A DNA stretch of 50,990 nt, counting the filler, from Catajapyx aquilonaris (taxonomy: Eukaryota), in assembly GCA_000934665.2 (NCBI GenBank). It is 2 parts of 2 records of this genome, joined end to end, with 100 filler letters (N's around TTAATTAATTAA, not from the genome) between each part and the next. Parts side by side here need not be neighbours in the genome. Positions count along the whole stretch, not along the records: positions 1 to 25,447 come from JYFJ02005362.1; 1 more part is not named here. One strand, given 5' to 3'. The notes under the pieces were generated by a model. It ran no database searches. It had not been told where the DNA came from and saw only the letters and a program-made list of their open reading frames with translations. Positions 11,032-23,614 of this stretch are shown here, piece after piece. The number at the start of each line of letters is the position of its first letter. Within the stretch, counting starts at the first letter, position 1. Both the position numbers and the translations under genes were made by a program.

Positions 11032-12167
11032 TTATTTATTTATTTATTTTTTTTGTTACCCCGTGATAGAGCTCGTGGCCCTCTTAGGGGGGAAGGGGAA
11101 GTTCCCAAGGGAGGGCGCCGTGCGATAGCCATTTCTGACATTCTTTAACACCAGGCCTTTTCTCCTGGCCCCGAGCAGAGAAGGGAGTGCAATTCTGCTC
11201 CGGCATGTCGGGTGAAAAGCGGAAAAAGACCCGGCCAAGCAGAGGTGACGGGGACGGGATTAAAATTGTTACTATTTGACCCTATGAAATTACTAATAGT
11301 CATACCTGTTGTTGCAAGTGCTCATTCTCTCTCTGCGTCTCCCTCGCTTCTCGCTTCAGCGACTTGCATTCCTCCTCTCTCGCCTGGGCAGCACATCTGT
11401 AAGTCTCCGTCTGGTGCCTGTGTTGGGCTATAACCTCAAGGGACTCCTTCTTGACCTCGTCTATCGCCGAAGCGTGCAGTTCCTCCCGCTGCTCAAGTTC
11501 CGCCCTAGCAACGCCAAGCGCAGCATGCAAGCTGGACCTTTCAACCTTCAGACCAGCAATCTCCTCCTCCGCAGACGCCAACCGTTGCTGTCACGAAATT
11601 GAACCCATTAACAAACTGGCATCTGGCGGATGGACCGACTAACACAAAGCTAGTAATTACTCTAAATCTCCACATATAAAGCACAAAGTCTGTCCACATG
11701 TCATGTATGTTTGTCTGGGCTACCTAACCCACTTTCAGACTACAGAGAGTCTGAAACTTGACACAATCTTGTCTTACATATCAAGGAATATTTTCCCGTC
11801 CATGGCAACGGGTTACATGGAAACAGTTACCTTGGCAACGGGTTACATGGCAACTATACTGAGAGTCTGAAACTTTACGCAATCTTTAGCTTACGTATGA
11901 GGGAAAGTTTGTTTGTTTGTTTGCTTGCTTGCTTGTCCATTGCAACAGCCACCATGACAACAGCATTACCACGGCAACGGGGTTCTCCGTCATGTTCAGA
12001 TGATATTTCTACCGACTTGCTTGTGGCCAATTATATTTAAGTGCGTTGCGTACCCGGCTGAGTCGGAGCTCCTCCACTGCGGCCAGAAAGTCCTTCTGCC
12101 AGAAGGCAAGGTCCAGCTGGCCGGGCAACGTGGGAGGAGCGGGGGAACAGGATGCGGCCTGAGACAT
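10470..12167 (-). CDS. Coiled-coil protein, CCDC73-like
   Basis: Exons 12167-12054, 11587-11306 and 10955-10470 are all phase 0 with an open frame. FLAAVEELRLSR|QRLASAEEEIAGLKVE and YRCAAQAREEECKSLK...QQQ|VKELQ align in register with the remembered human CCDC73 N-terminus ([44 protein letters not shown]...QKKVSEME). Confidence 0.75.
10968..11054. repeat. (ATT)n / (TTTA)n / poly-T microsatellite
   Basis: Read directly from the sequence; probably the tail of the adjacent retro-element. Confidence 0.95.
11056..11260 (-). mobile_element. SINE/LINE 3'-end-like fragment with an A-rich simple-repeat tail
   Basis: GC-rich intronic block whose minus strand ends CCCCCTAA...GGGGTAA followed by A/(TAAA)n/(TAA)n. 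The same terminal architecture occurs at 12830-12925. Confidence 0.5.
11667..11990 (+). mobile_element. Non-autonomous Helitron-like element in CCDC73-like intron 1
   Basis: Starts A|TC...ATATAAAG, contains (GTTT)n/(GCTT)n, a duplicated GAGAGTCTGAAACTT and tandem GTTACATGGCAAC-type units. No clean CTRR 3' end is visible. Confidence 0.45.
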
Positions 12168-12792
12168 GTTGCCTTCTTATTCCTCTCAGCAGAACAGGCA
12201 CGTCCTTTAGGCTCAGTGGCCAGCAGTGAGGTGGGAAGGAAAAAGACTTTGAACCGCAAACCCCTGCTCTTGCTTTGATGAATTATTTGATGAGGTTGTT
12301 ATACTTCTTGCAAACCTGTGCACAACAGTTGTTTTTGTTGTTGGGACCCCCTCGGGAGACGCACTCTTTCGGACACACCTGGCAAAGGAAGAGCGGCGCT
12401 GGAGGTGCGCTAACTAAGCCAATTAAACTTAATGAATCGATAATAAGCACTGATGTTGGGACTAATGAAGGAGACGTTCCAAAATGATTTTAAGGGGGAT
12501 TTAAAAATGGCGGATGGAACATATGACAAATGAGAGGAGCAGGATTGGTATTTATTTTTTTAAATTTAGATAGTGCTAATAATTTGCTTAAAATTGAATT
12601 TAAAATTAGCTGCATAGTGTCTACATTTTTAACTATTTTTGTTATTATGTTGCAGTACCGCCAAATTCAAAAATGATGGAGTTTGCCTCAGTTCCCGCAG
12701 GGATTGTGTTTATTTTATTTTAATTTTATAAAATACTTATTTATAACTTATTATCAGTATTAATGATGTAATTATAATATACAAGTGTAATA

Positions 12793-12925
12793 TTTGTTGT
12801 TGTTGTTGTTGTTGTTTTTATTTTTATATTTACCCCATTGGGAGAATGGGCGCTCCATTAGGGGGTGGAGTACCACCATTGGATGGGGCCAAGGATAGGG
12901 AAGGAAGGAAGCGGCTGTGGCCTAT
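12793..12925 (-). mobile_element. SINE-like 3' fragment with a (CAA)n/A-rich tail
   Basis: (TTG)n and T-rich run, then TTACCCC...TTAGGGGG and GGAAGGAAGCGGCTGTGGCCTA. Shares its terminal structure with 11056-11260. Confidence 0.5.
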
Positions 12926-15320
12926 ATGTTAATAATATAATAAGTACTGTACTCTGTACTCCCCAGTTCATGTGGCGGGGAAGCTGCAACAAAAGAATGA
13001 ATAAGATTATGATCCTTCTCGTAGTTTAAAACCAGTTTGAGCAATAATTAATGATGCGTAACTTCTCCAGTGCTTGGGAATCGTTGCATAATTCATGCAG
13101 AAACGTACAGTGCTGAAGTTTGGTTGATGGTAACCTGATATGGTTGAAAAATGGCGTGAGAGTTTGCGAAAACTGTTCAAGTGGAGTGGATAATATTTGG
13201 TGGGTAATAATACATGCAATAACATGACACTGACTAAACTCTCTGAGAGTTGCATTTTAGAGAGAAAAAAACCCTACATCTATCTGTAGGAACTGAAAAA
13301 TTCTAGAAGAGCAGCAACAACAGTTAGTGTAATATTTACAGCAATATTTATTGATTTTTAACCATCATTGTCATATAAGTGTACCGTCAAAATGATGATA
13401 TGTGTATTTACGGCAGTGGTGATATCAAACTGACTCGTAAGTTGTGGATGACATGAGAGCTCAGGAGATCAAAAGGAGGACCCGTCATGATTTTGGTGGG
13501 CATAATGTGAGCTGTCACTGTCATTATGTAGTCAGGGATGCCTTTCAACTGTCCACGCAAATATGAGACCCGCGCGACATGTTTTTGCATGCGAAAAAAA
13601 CAGGAGGAAATCCACCCCGTTATGAAGGGAATGATCGTTTGCAGTTATGCAAACGCAGATTGCAAAATTTGTGACAAAATAGCGACGTTTTCAGGAAATA
13701 ATGACTGAACATATTAATCACAAGAAGATTAATATGACCTGAAAATAATTTGCTGATGATGAATAACAGCACGGATCTCTATAGTTTAGCCAATTTAGTT
13801 TACTTAATGATTAGGCAGTGAAATATGCTTTTTGATGCGTCATTTTACATATTCTCTTTCCTAATAAAGCTTATTGTTAAGAGAATAAAAATGTCGATAT
13901 TATTTTCCACATTATTTTTGGCTTGTAGTGTATACTATACTAAAAATAAAGTATAATGTTACTACCACTTCAATACCAGGTGATTCACATGTATAGGCTA
14001 CAGCTGACATTTTGTGTCTAGAAATGGAAATAAAAATAATACCTGGCTGTTATTGTTGACGACAATAATCAAGGTTTTATTGCACTGTTTTTCTCGGAAT
14101 TAGCTTTCTGAGAAACCATGGACTTTCCCACTGTACACTTTTGTAGCCCAGATATACAGAAAGCGGAAATGCAAACATCCTTGTCAGTTAGAAAGCACGT
14201 AAACCCGATTTTTATGAAGGCTTTCCGATAAGATAAAAATACGCAATGTTTGCGTGCATTTTGTTGGAGTAAGGCGTGCGCTCATGTATTTTTTTTAAAT
14301 TCATTAATTGCCCAACAAAGGTGGAACTTGAGAAATTTGGTGTAAATATTTATTTCGTAAATCAACTGATATCTGAACAACATCAATTGTTGCCTAAGCC
14401 CTCGGCATAAAAAAATATCCAACGCAGCTTTCCCTTTTTAGATCCTGTGTGCCATGTAATTATTCCAGAAATACCCATAAAGACAGTAGTTGCGTAACAG
14501 TCCATCTTTAATAATTGAGTAGGCTCTCCTAGTAGATACCTTATTGAACTGTTGTTGTAAACTAATCACAGCACTGATTTGAAGCCGGGGACAATGTACA
14601 GCAGGTGCGTGTTTCCAGCAAGATCGCCCTGGATTCCTTTTGTTGTTGGAGACGCACTCGTGGCAACAGCTTCGATCGTAATGAATGATATTCTTGAGGG
14701 TGTCCAGACTTGTCTTTTTTTGGGGGGAGTCAAAGTGCGTCATTGACGTGAGAAAGGTAAAGGACTGGGGAAAGGTCCCGGAGCTGTCGTCTCTAAATCC
14801 TCCAGGATTTTACTTGGAATTCATCCAGTCAAGTTGAAGGTAGGTGGGACATAATACGATCACTTAAAATCAATTTTGGGGAAATTTTATAAGGTGTTTT
14901 TTTTTCAACGCTCGTCTATAGACCACACCGAATGTGGAGGCTTACAGAGAGAATATTTGTCGAAATTAGGATTGATACGATGACCTTTTCGCGAAATATG
15001 TAGTACAAATAAATACTGCAGCAATATCCGGCTTGTCAATAACAGTCTTGATTTCCTATGGGATTGCGTAAGCTCTTTAAGCTTATAATGCGCCTTTTAC
15101 AAAACGAGGAACAACTGCAACAAAAGATCGACCTACATTCTTTATTACTTCGTATAAGCCAGTCAGTACAGTAGAATTGATCTGACTGGTACCCTGGTCT
15201 ACACTTGTATAACTAAATTGCATGTTTATTCCCTGATGGAAATGCTACAATGTTTTCCAGTAGGCTATTGATTTCAACAGACCGAGTTTCTGAGTTATTG
15301 GCCAGATTTCAGATTTCGCG

Positions 15321-17468
15321 ATGGGCAAGGAGCAATCAAAGCAAGGAAGACAACGAGAGGCTTTGGGAGACCATAAGGGTGCAATCAACAACATGGTCAT
15401 CAGTGAAGATGGTTCTTTGTTGGTCACCACTTCTGACGACAAGACAGCTCGACTCTGGTCAGTCAGGACACCAGAAACAGAGTGCATTGGAGTTCTCAAG
15501 TGAGTTGCCTTTATAGTCATTGCTCACAGAAGTGACCTAACCTTTTCTTGTTCAATGTAGGGGTCACAAAAGCTTCCTGACAGCAGTGGCAGTATGTGAC
15601 ACTTATGTGGTGACAGGTTCGGCAGACGGAAGCATCAGAAAGTGGGACATGAGCAACTGCGACTGTGTCTTTATATACGAGGGTCACAAGTCGAGGATCC
15701 AGCGGATTTTGGTCACTGGTGAATTCGTTTTCTCCACGTCACACGATCGGACAGCTCGAATGTGGCTGTTTGACACTGACAAGATACCGCCGGACCATAC
15801 CGATCGTGCATGCATACGTGTCTTCGAGGTTAGCTTTAATTTATACAAACAACTGTTACAATCAACTGTGTGGTAAACTTGAATCACGTCTGACACATGC
15901 GAGTGGTTTTTAAAAAGGCAACTGTGCCAGGAAAATGAAATTATCTGCATCATACGTGTGTCGAATAATGATAATGTAATGCAGCAATAATATTAACTAC
16001 AGCGTACGTGCCTTTTTATTTTGTGTACTGAGTTATCAAAGGACGTTACATCAATAAGATCGGATTATTTTAACACAGTGTGTCATTATTAGGGTCACAG
16101 ACTGGCTGTCTTTCCACTGATATTCATCGCTGGACGACTCCCTGTGACCGAACTGGACGACAACTGCGACCTGATCCAGCCTGGTGACCTGTTGATCACA
16201 GGTTCAGCTGACACCACAGCTCGGTCCTGGGCAGTGGACACCGGTACGACACTCAGGATTTTTTCAGGACACACCATGGGCATCGTTTGCATGGCGACAG
16301 ACGGCGACGGTCGGACTCTTTTCACTGGAAGCACAGACGGAAATATTAGGATGTGGCTCATACAAAACGGCGAATGTCTCAAAGCAAGTCGCCATTTTAC
16401 TTTTTCTGCAAATATTTCTAGAGGTACTAAACTGCATGTTACGACAGGTGATGGACGGTCATCGTGAACCTGTGCTGTGTCTTCTGATGGTCAACCGGTT
16501 GCTGTACTCTACAAGTAGCGACGGTACGGCCAGATGTTGGGTACCTGAATTTGGAGATTGCATCCGAGTGTACCGAGGACACCAAAGTGCAGTCATTTGC
16601 CTCAAGATACACGACGGAATCTGTAAGCATCCTGCATATTATTGTTATTACGAAATAATGTTGCAAATTTGTTCAATTTTTTTGCAGTATACACTGGCAG
16701 CTCGGACACATGGGCACGTGCCTTCGATGCTAAAATAGGTACACTTCTAGCTGTGTACAAAGGTCATACTGAAACCATCAACTGCATAACGGTCGCTCAT
16801 GGAAAAGTGTTCACAGGATCATACGATAGTACTCTTCGAGTCTGGGACGTGGCGCATGTTGAGTAAGTTCATATAGTACAATATTATTTGCACCTTTTAG
16901 CGGGGGTTTATTGCCTCACAAAACGGGCCTATAGGCTATATATTGTGTTGCGGGCTAATCAACTCCGTTAGACACTATGTTCTTCAATTAAATCTCCCAG
17001 AGGCGGCTTTTCCTTAAATATTTACTGACGAACGCTAATAACCAACACCCACTTCGATAAGAGCTGCCGCAGGACATACAAACCTACGTGTCTACAAAAT
17101 TGGGTTATGCAGTTTCCCTGAAGCAAGTAATAGGGTTAAGTGAAAGAAGAAATGTGGAAAAAGTGCAGTTCAGTCACGAAGTGTTTGTTTCGAGGCGTTT
17201 TGCATACAAATGAAAAATTTTAAAGTCCTTCTGGGAATTTGTGTCTCTGAAAACATCATTGAGGTGACGTCAACTTTTTTTTATTATAAAACCCTGGGGC
17301 ATTTTTGTACTTTTTAGGGGCATGGATATGGATTTGGACGACGAAGAAGAAGAAGCAGAGGAAGATAAAGCTCAGCGAAAAACGCAGCAGCAAAATCTGG
17401 ACGAATTAGATGAGCGACTGGATAAATTCATAATTGACGACAACGACGAAGGACACAGCTTAGATTAG
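15321..17468 (+). CDS. WDR86: WD repeat-containing protein 86
   Basis: Exons 15321-15499, 15561-15828, 16093-16383, 16448-16622, 16688-16862 and 17318-17468. GH...WD repeats are colinear with remembered WDR86 (DHKGAIN...DKTARLW; SADGSIRKWD; FTGSTDGNIRMW; YTGSSDTWARAFDA; GSYDSTLRVWDV). The acidic last exon is less certain. Confidence 0.9.
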
Positions 17469-19130
17469 ACACCAAAGTGACGTTTTATCCTTCTGCGATG
17501 TTTCTGATCTCATCAGTAAAATAAAATTGAGACATTTTATTATTGAAAGCCATCAAGGTGAGCGGGGAAAGGAAGAGAGCATGGAATAACTGTGGTCTCA
17601 TTAAAGCGAGTCGTGTTCAAGCAAAGCCATGGACTAGATTAGTTTCGAGGAATTCATCAGGATGGTCATTTTTTTCTGTTTCTCTGTACCAGAATAACCT
17701 TGTCTCGGTTTTGTCGAATGCCTGAGCTTTCAATTAGTAATCAACTTGGCATATAACCCGGGTGCGGTATTCTGACCTACATCGCAGGATTTTGGTATTT
17801 TGCTCTGCTAAAATTCCAGCACCAGGTTCATCAGCCATGTACAGTACAGTAGTCCAACACTCATGTTTTTTTTTAAATAGTACAAAAAAGTGACGTATTA
17901 TTTCCATCAGCGACCAGTTCGAATAATCAACGTGTTTAAGCTAGTTGCTGAGGTGAACAATCCATAACATGCAGACTGTTTCTTTTGAATTAGACGTCTG
18001 GGTAGTGCACCACCCTGTATACGACCGAGCATTTTTCTTCATCCCAATAAAAATTTCTGTATTTCACAATATTTCCCGTATAACCTTTGGCCGGTCGCAG
18101 AATTTTTTGTCCCTAGAGGCCATTTACATTGATTTCCAAGTTGCGGAATTTCATGCATCCAAAATGGCCTGGAATCTTGTTTTGTGGGCAGAATATACAA
18201 TTCAAAGGACGAGCAGGTGACGAGAAAGAGATCGTCAAAATATTGCAGTTCAAATAATGGTTCACGAGCGATCTGGATCTATGTTTGCATATATGGGAGC
18301 CACGATGAAAATTTATTTCTCCATATAAGCTCATCGCACCCAGAGAAAGTCAACGAACGGCAAAACTGGATATACTTTATGATTTCATGCCATTTTTATG
18401 TTTGCCATTACTGAGCAGTAAATATAGACTACAGGATTTACTTGAAATAACACTGCATAATGTCCTTTCAGTCTATTGCACGTATAATGATAACGTGTAT
18501 TACTATACAGTATGTTTAACCCAGACTTATGACAAGTTGTTTGCTGGTATATTTGAGCAAGTTTATGTAAGCACAAGCTAAATTGTTATTTTAGTTTCGG
18601 CACAGTGTGAAAATGGTGAAAATTATGAATGGATGGATTTTTTAAAATGTGACGTTTATACCAGCAGTAGTAACAATAACAAATGTAAGCATTATGTAAA
18701 TAATAATGAAGAAGTTACTGATTCAAAATATTATTTTTTGTAGCTGAATGTGTATAGTACATATAAAGGCTTTGTAGTTTGTACCCTGAATGAGATCTTG
18801 ATGCTTTCATTTCTGATGCTTTTGTCTTCACTTCTCACTGTGTAATTGAAGAAATTAATATACGTTATTCAAAAGCAAATCAACATTTGGCATTAATGTC
18901 GTGCAATGTATGGAATTTAAATCCTCATTTCCCACTCCTGCATAAATAATTACACATGGTTTGTGTTACCTGTTCAAAAGTGGGGGACTTGAACAAACAA
19001 TTAAATTGACACTGGCTGAAAAAGTCAGATAGTTTTGAGAGCTGCTGGTGTGGCATGTATAGTACTCTACTTTGTGTGGTGGGTAGAGTCGTGGTAGATC
19101 AGAAGGGGCGAGAGTGGGAGGATCTGTGAG

Positions 19131-19255
19131 TGACGTCACTGCCCAGCCTCTCGGTTTAAATAGGGTGACTCGAGCAAGCGCCTCTCAATTCACCTGTGGA
19201 TTTCCTAAGGGTCGCATTGGCTTCCTCAATCACAACACTCAACCTCTACGTACAG
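19131..19255 (+). promoter_or_regulatory. Predicted sulfakinin core promoter and non-coding first exon
   Basis: CRE TGACGTCA at 19131-19138, TATA-like TTTAAATA at 19155-19162, Inr-like TCAATT ~30 bp downstream (19185), and a perfect donor CAG|GTAAGT at 19255/6. A matching acceptor TTGACAG at 21867 lies just before the ATG. Confidence 0.7.
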
Positions 19256-21894
19256 GTAAGTCTTGTTTGGTGATGCAGTAATAACCCAAGTTGTTAGGAT
19301 TGAGTTATACAGTGCTACCGTCTATTGTCTGTTAGGGTTGGAACAATAGATGGGTGGTCTATTTTTCGCCGGGAATTTAATTTCGTCATGAAGTTGTACG
19401 TTACTTTACAAGTATTTTTATTTCATATGTAATCTGAGATATGCCATTTCAGATGTACGGAATTTAAAAAATTCGCTGTAATATCAGTCGCAGCACCTGC
19501 ACAGCATGCACTGACAAGTGAGTGTGGAAAAATCTTGCTCAAAGTTACAGACACTAGCACATTATTGCTCGCAGCAATGAAATACCTGGACACAACTTAT
19601 TGTCACCAATTTTATGCAATATTTTGCATGTTATTGTCACCAATCAGTAGCGTTAGTGTTGCTTTGATTCCTTTTCACTCAAACATGCAAACTTATTGAA
19701 AGTAGGTCTGTGGACATGACCACTTTATGTTGCGTTGTTTATGTTTTGTTGATTTGAGCACATCTCTACAATACAGTTATAAATAATTGCATCAGTTATT
19801 ATAACGCAGTAAAATAATCAAAATAGGTTGTACCAGGCTCCGGATTGAATCACACAAATAAGGCAGTTGAGCCATATAGTGCACGCTAAAATTACGTATA
19901 ACAATTAGCAAAAATTTAAAATCAATGCAAAGCAAGATATTGCTAATAAAAGGCATGTATTCCTAGATACCAATATATGCATACTCGTAGCATAACAACA
20001 TTTTTGCAAACTTTCCGAGTGGGATATATCAAACGAATAAAACCTGCAATATGGCAATATTTTCTTAACCTAGATTTTCGAAACTGCACACTAGAGAGGA
20101 AGGCAAATGAGTGTCATTTTTATAGAAGAGGACAGTACAGAATCAGCAACATTATTTTCTGCAGAAAAAGAGGATAAAGGAGAACACAATCTTTTGACTT
20201 AACGATATATTGAGTATATTAATATTTACTGGAGGTTTCTCTAAGCCATTTCCATGTTTATGCAGTATGAAGAGCGTTTAAAATATTTGCATATTCTCAC
20301 AGCATGATCTAAATAATCGGAAAATTCACCATAACAGTTTTGATGCATGAAGGCTTTCGAAACCTACAGTATCTCTGTAATGTAAATGTGTGTGTTCGCT
20401 AATATTGGTAACTTTTAAATGACTAATATACTTCAATGAATACTGCTTTTGAAGAGTAAAGTAATTAAAGTACTTCGACTGTGACATGCAGACTTCTGTG
20501 GTGGCGGTACGAGCAACTCTATTAATTGATTGTACTGTACAGTATAATACAGGACTACATTACTCTCACCTCCAAACACATTATGCGGTACATAATTATG
20601 TGTAGAATGACTGTTTTGATGCGTCAAAGTAAATAGAAAAATGCTGTACTTTGAGGAGCTGCTGTACTTTGTGAAAAATCTACTTCGGTTACGTTAAAAT
20701 GTCAAAATCCGCGACAGTTTGCAAGCAGTTTGAAGTGCATGTAAAATATTTAATTGCTGCAACTCTGTAAAAAGTTACTCTTTTAGTTTGAAACGGAGCC
20801 CATTCCCTTCTTAGGAAATACTTATTAGGAGTCTTATCGATTCTCTTACTGGAACAGAAATCTTAATCCAGTAGTTGCGTGGTCGCCAAGACGGATTTGC
20901 CGTACAATAAAATGTGCAGGTCTTACACATAAAGGAAAGTATTCCCTTAAAAACCATAATTCTGCATTTACCTGTACTGATTTGACAGTTATTACTACAA
21001 AAATCAAATACTGTCATCTTGAGGCTTGACCATATTCGAAAGCACTGTATCAGACTCTCAATCACGTTTTAACTTATGATTAGTACAATAATTACGTGTG
21101 ATATTTGAATATTTTAATGCTCAACAAGCTCATTGTAATCACCTAATCCGGAACACTTTGAAAGCCGACATGAATTTTTGCGTAGTCATTGAGCAGGATG
21201 CCATATGGGATTAGTCTTCTATAGTTTTATCAGATATTAGATTACTGCAATGCACACTCTGAAATCTGGATGCACACAATAGATGATAATGCGGTAAGTA
21301 CTAGACGAGTATCCTGTGTAATGGACTATTATCAACCCATCTGCTAGCAATTGCACTTCCATTTTAACAGATATGGAAATCAGACTCAGGAAAGTACCAT
21401 ATCATTAGTATTGATAAGAAAAAACTGATCAACGACCTTTCGGAGACTTGTATAAAATTGTTGCGACATCTTCCATTATTGCCCGAATTACATGCGTTTA
21501 CCTAAATCAAGAGCCGCGTAATATCCAGTAATTTCCATTACTTTTTCCGGGGTAATTACTACAAAAACAAGTGCAACCTTTCAGGGTCCAAGTGGTATTA
21601 TGGACGAATTTGTTTAAACCGATGAATCATAATATTATAATAGAATTACTTCTCTGGAAAATTCATTTGCAGGAAATACTTCATCCTGGAAGTCCGCTAA
21701 CCTATGCGCCTCTCTTGTCTCACGCGTTGCCGCACTTACAGGGGCAATTGCTTGTCATGAGTGTATCATACAGTGCATATTTTTGCATGGGTGCAAAGTG
21801 TGAATTAATTAATTGATGAGTAAATAAATATGTTATGACCATTTGTTCTCTGTACTTGTCTTGACAGGAAGGCCATCTTTCTACCCTTCTGACA

Positions 21895-22221
21895 ATGCGC
21901 TTGCTGGTAGTCGTGGCCTCAGTGGCTCTCATGTCAGTCCTTGTGCCATCCCAGACCCTGGGCCGCCCCCAGGGCACCCAGGTCAACCCAAGCCATTCTG
22001 CCCAGCAGCCTTCCTCACGAGACCTGGCTCGGTGGGCCAGCCTGGTCGTGCCATACCTGTCCAGGGACATGGCTGCCCCTCCACTCATAGAAGAGGAGGT
22101 GGCAGAGGACCCCAGAGGATCATCAGACAAGAGGCAGTTCGACGACTATGGTCACATGCGCTTTGGAAAGAGGGAGTTTGACGACTACGGTCACATGAGG
22201 TTCGGACGCAGCGTCGACTAA
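21895..22221 (+). CDS. SK: Sulfakinin neuropeptide precursor
   Basis: Signal peptide followed by KR-QFDDYGHMRF-GKR-EFDDYGHMRF-GR: the YGHMRFamide signature with amidation Gly and basic cleavage sites. AATAAA follows at ~22250. Confidence 0.97.
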   Translation: MRLLVVVASVALMSVLVPSQTLGRPQGTQVNPSHSAQQPSSRDLARWASLVVPYLSRDMAAPPLIEEEVAEDPRGSSDKRQFDDYGHMRFGKREFDDYGHMRFGRSVD

Positions 22222-23584
22222 CTACTGCGTGAACAATATTATAACAAAAAATAAAAGAGTCCTCCTTTTTTTGATTTGTTTGGGTCACCTCGCTTCAGTG
22301 CAAAGATAGGTGCTGTCCAACTGCAATAAAAAGGTCACTGTACACAGTTGGCTGCACTCACTTCTCTTAGTCCTATTTCCTTATGAGTTGGGAAAACTTT
22401 CAGGGTGGACTCCTCTACCAAAGGATTACTCCATATGGCAGTGTCACTCGGAGCCTCAGAAGTTAACTCGGAAAGTTCTTTTTCTGAATCATTACAAAGA
22501 ATCAGGTAAAAATGCATGTCTGTTACCTACCCGAAGAAAAAAATTAGCAAATCACTTATTAGCATCATTAATCCTTCAGAATTCGTGAATCATTTTAATA
22601 ATTGGATCTGCAAAAGTCGTGACAGTATTATTCCTGGGACATCCAGTTGAGATGTAGTACGATTCAATGACTTTCTTCAATATTGTTATTCTTAATTTCG
22701 GGTAAGTAAAGCTCATCCATCATATCCAGGATCTGTCACTGAAGGCCCTTGTGTATTCAAATACGCATCAGGGTTATCTCATGACATCAAACATTTTTCT
22801 TTGCACAAGACCTTTTTACTGGCAGGTGTTACCATTGCAGAAACACCAACCTGCAAGAGTTGCCAATCCAAAGATTGGAGCTTCACAATAAAATAATCCT
22901 GGTATTTTTTTCCAGGTTTCATAATTATATGAACTGAAAATTTTATCAGCTGTGTATAAACTGCCTTCTGATTTTCTGCACAAATTCATTTAATCATAGT
23001 GTGTGATAATGACTTTGGCGACAACATCAATCTTATATGGGACAACCTTTCATATGCCAAACATTATTTAATCATCATGCACTGATGAATTTGGACAGGA
23101 GTAGGGAATAATGAGACATTCCCAATAAAACCCAAGACAGAGAGAAAATTTCTTCTGCATGAAAAAAATTCCATATTCTGACATCTGAACTGAATTCTGG
23201 ACTTCAGAGTTGGAAGGCTGAGACCAAATCAGTTGCGTCCCTGTGCCCATCTTTACTGCACATGAGTGGTACCCATTATACACCCACTTCATTTTACGCT
23301 AACTCACATTCTAAAAAAAAACCTTTGAAAATGTTAAATCTGAGAATTCTGAGAAGATTGAAAACAATAAAACAGTCGAAAGACTAAGACATCTCTCTCA
23401 CAAAGCATGTGAGTCCAAACAATGGAACTTTTAAAAGTGGTGTATTACCCTTTGCCCTGGAGGTACTGTATACCTGTTGTTAATAATTTACAATAGGTAC
23501 AGTATTAATACACCACTTGTACTGTATCTCCCTTCATCCCTTCATCCCTTCATCGCTGACTACCCCTCATAGGGAAATGTCGTG

Positions 23585-23614
23585 ATGTTGTTGTTGTTGT
23601 TGTTGTTGTTGTTG
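23585..23614. repeat. (TTG)n microsatellite with neighbouring short tandem repeats
   Basis: Read directly; also (CCCTTCAT)x3 at ~23530 and TGGTGA(C/T) repeats at ~23650. Confidence 0.85.

Noticed and set aside
12930..15240. Short ORFs between the CCDC73-like gene and WDR86
   Set aside because: AT-rich, with no consistent exon chain or homology; may contain WDR86 5'-UTR exons, but I cannot support these.
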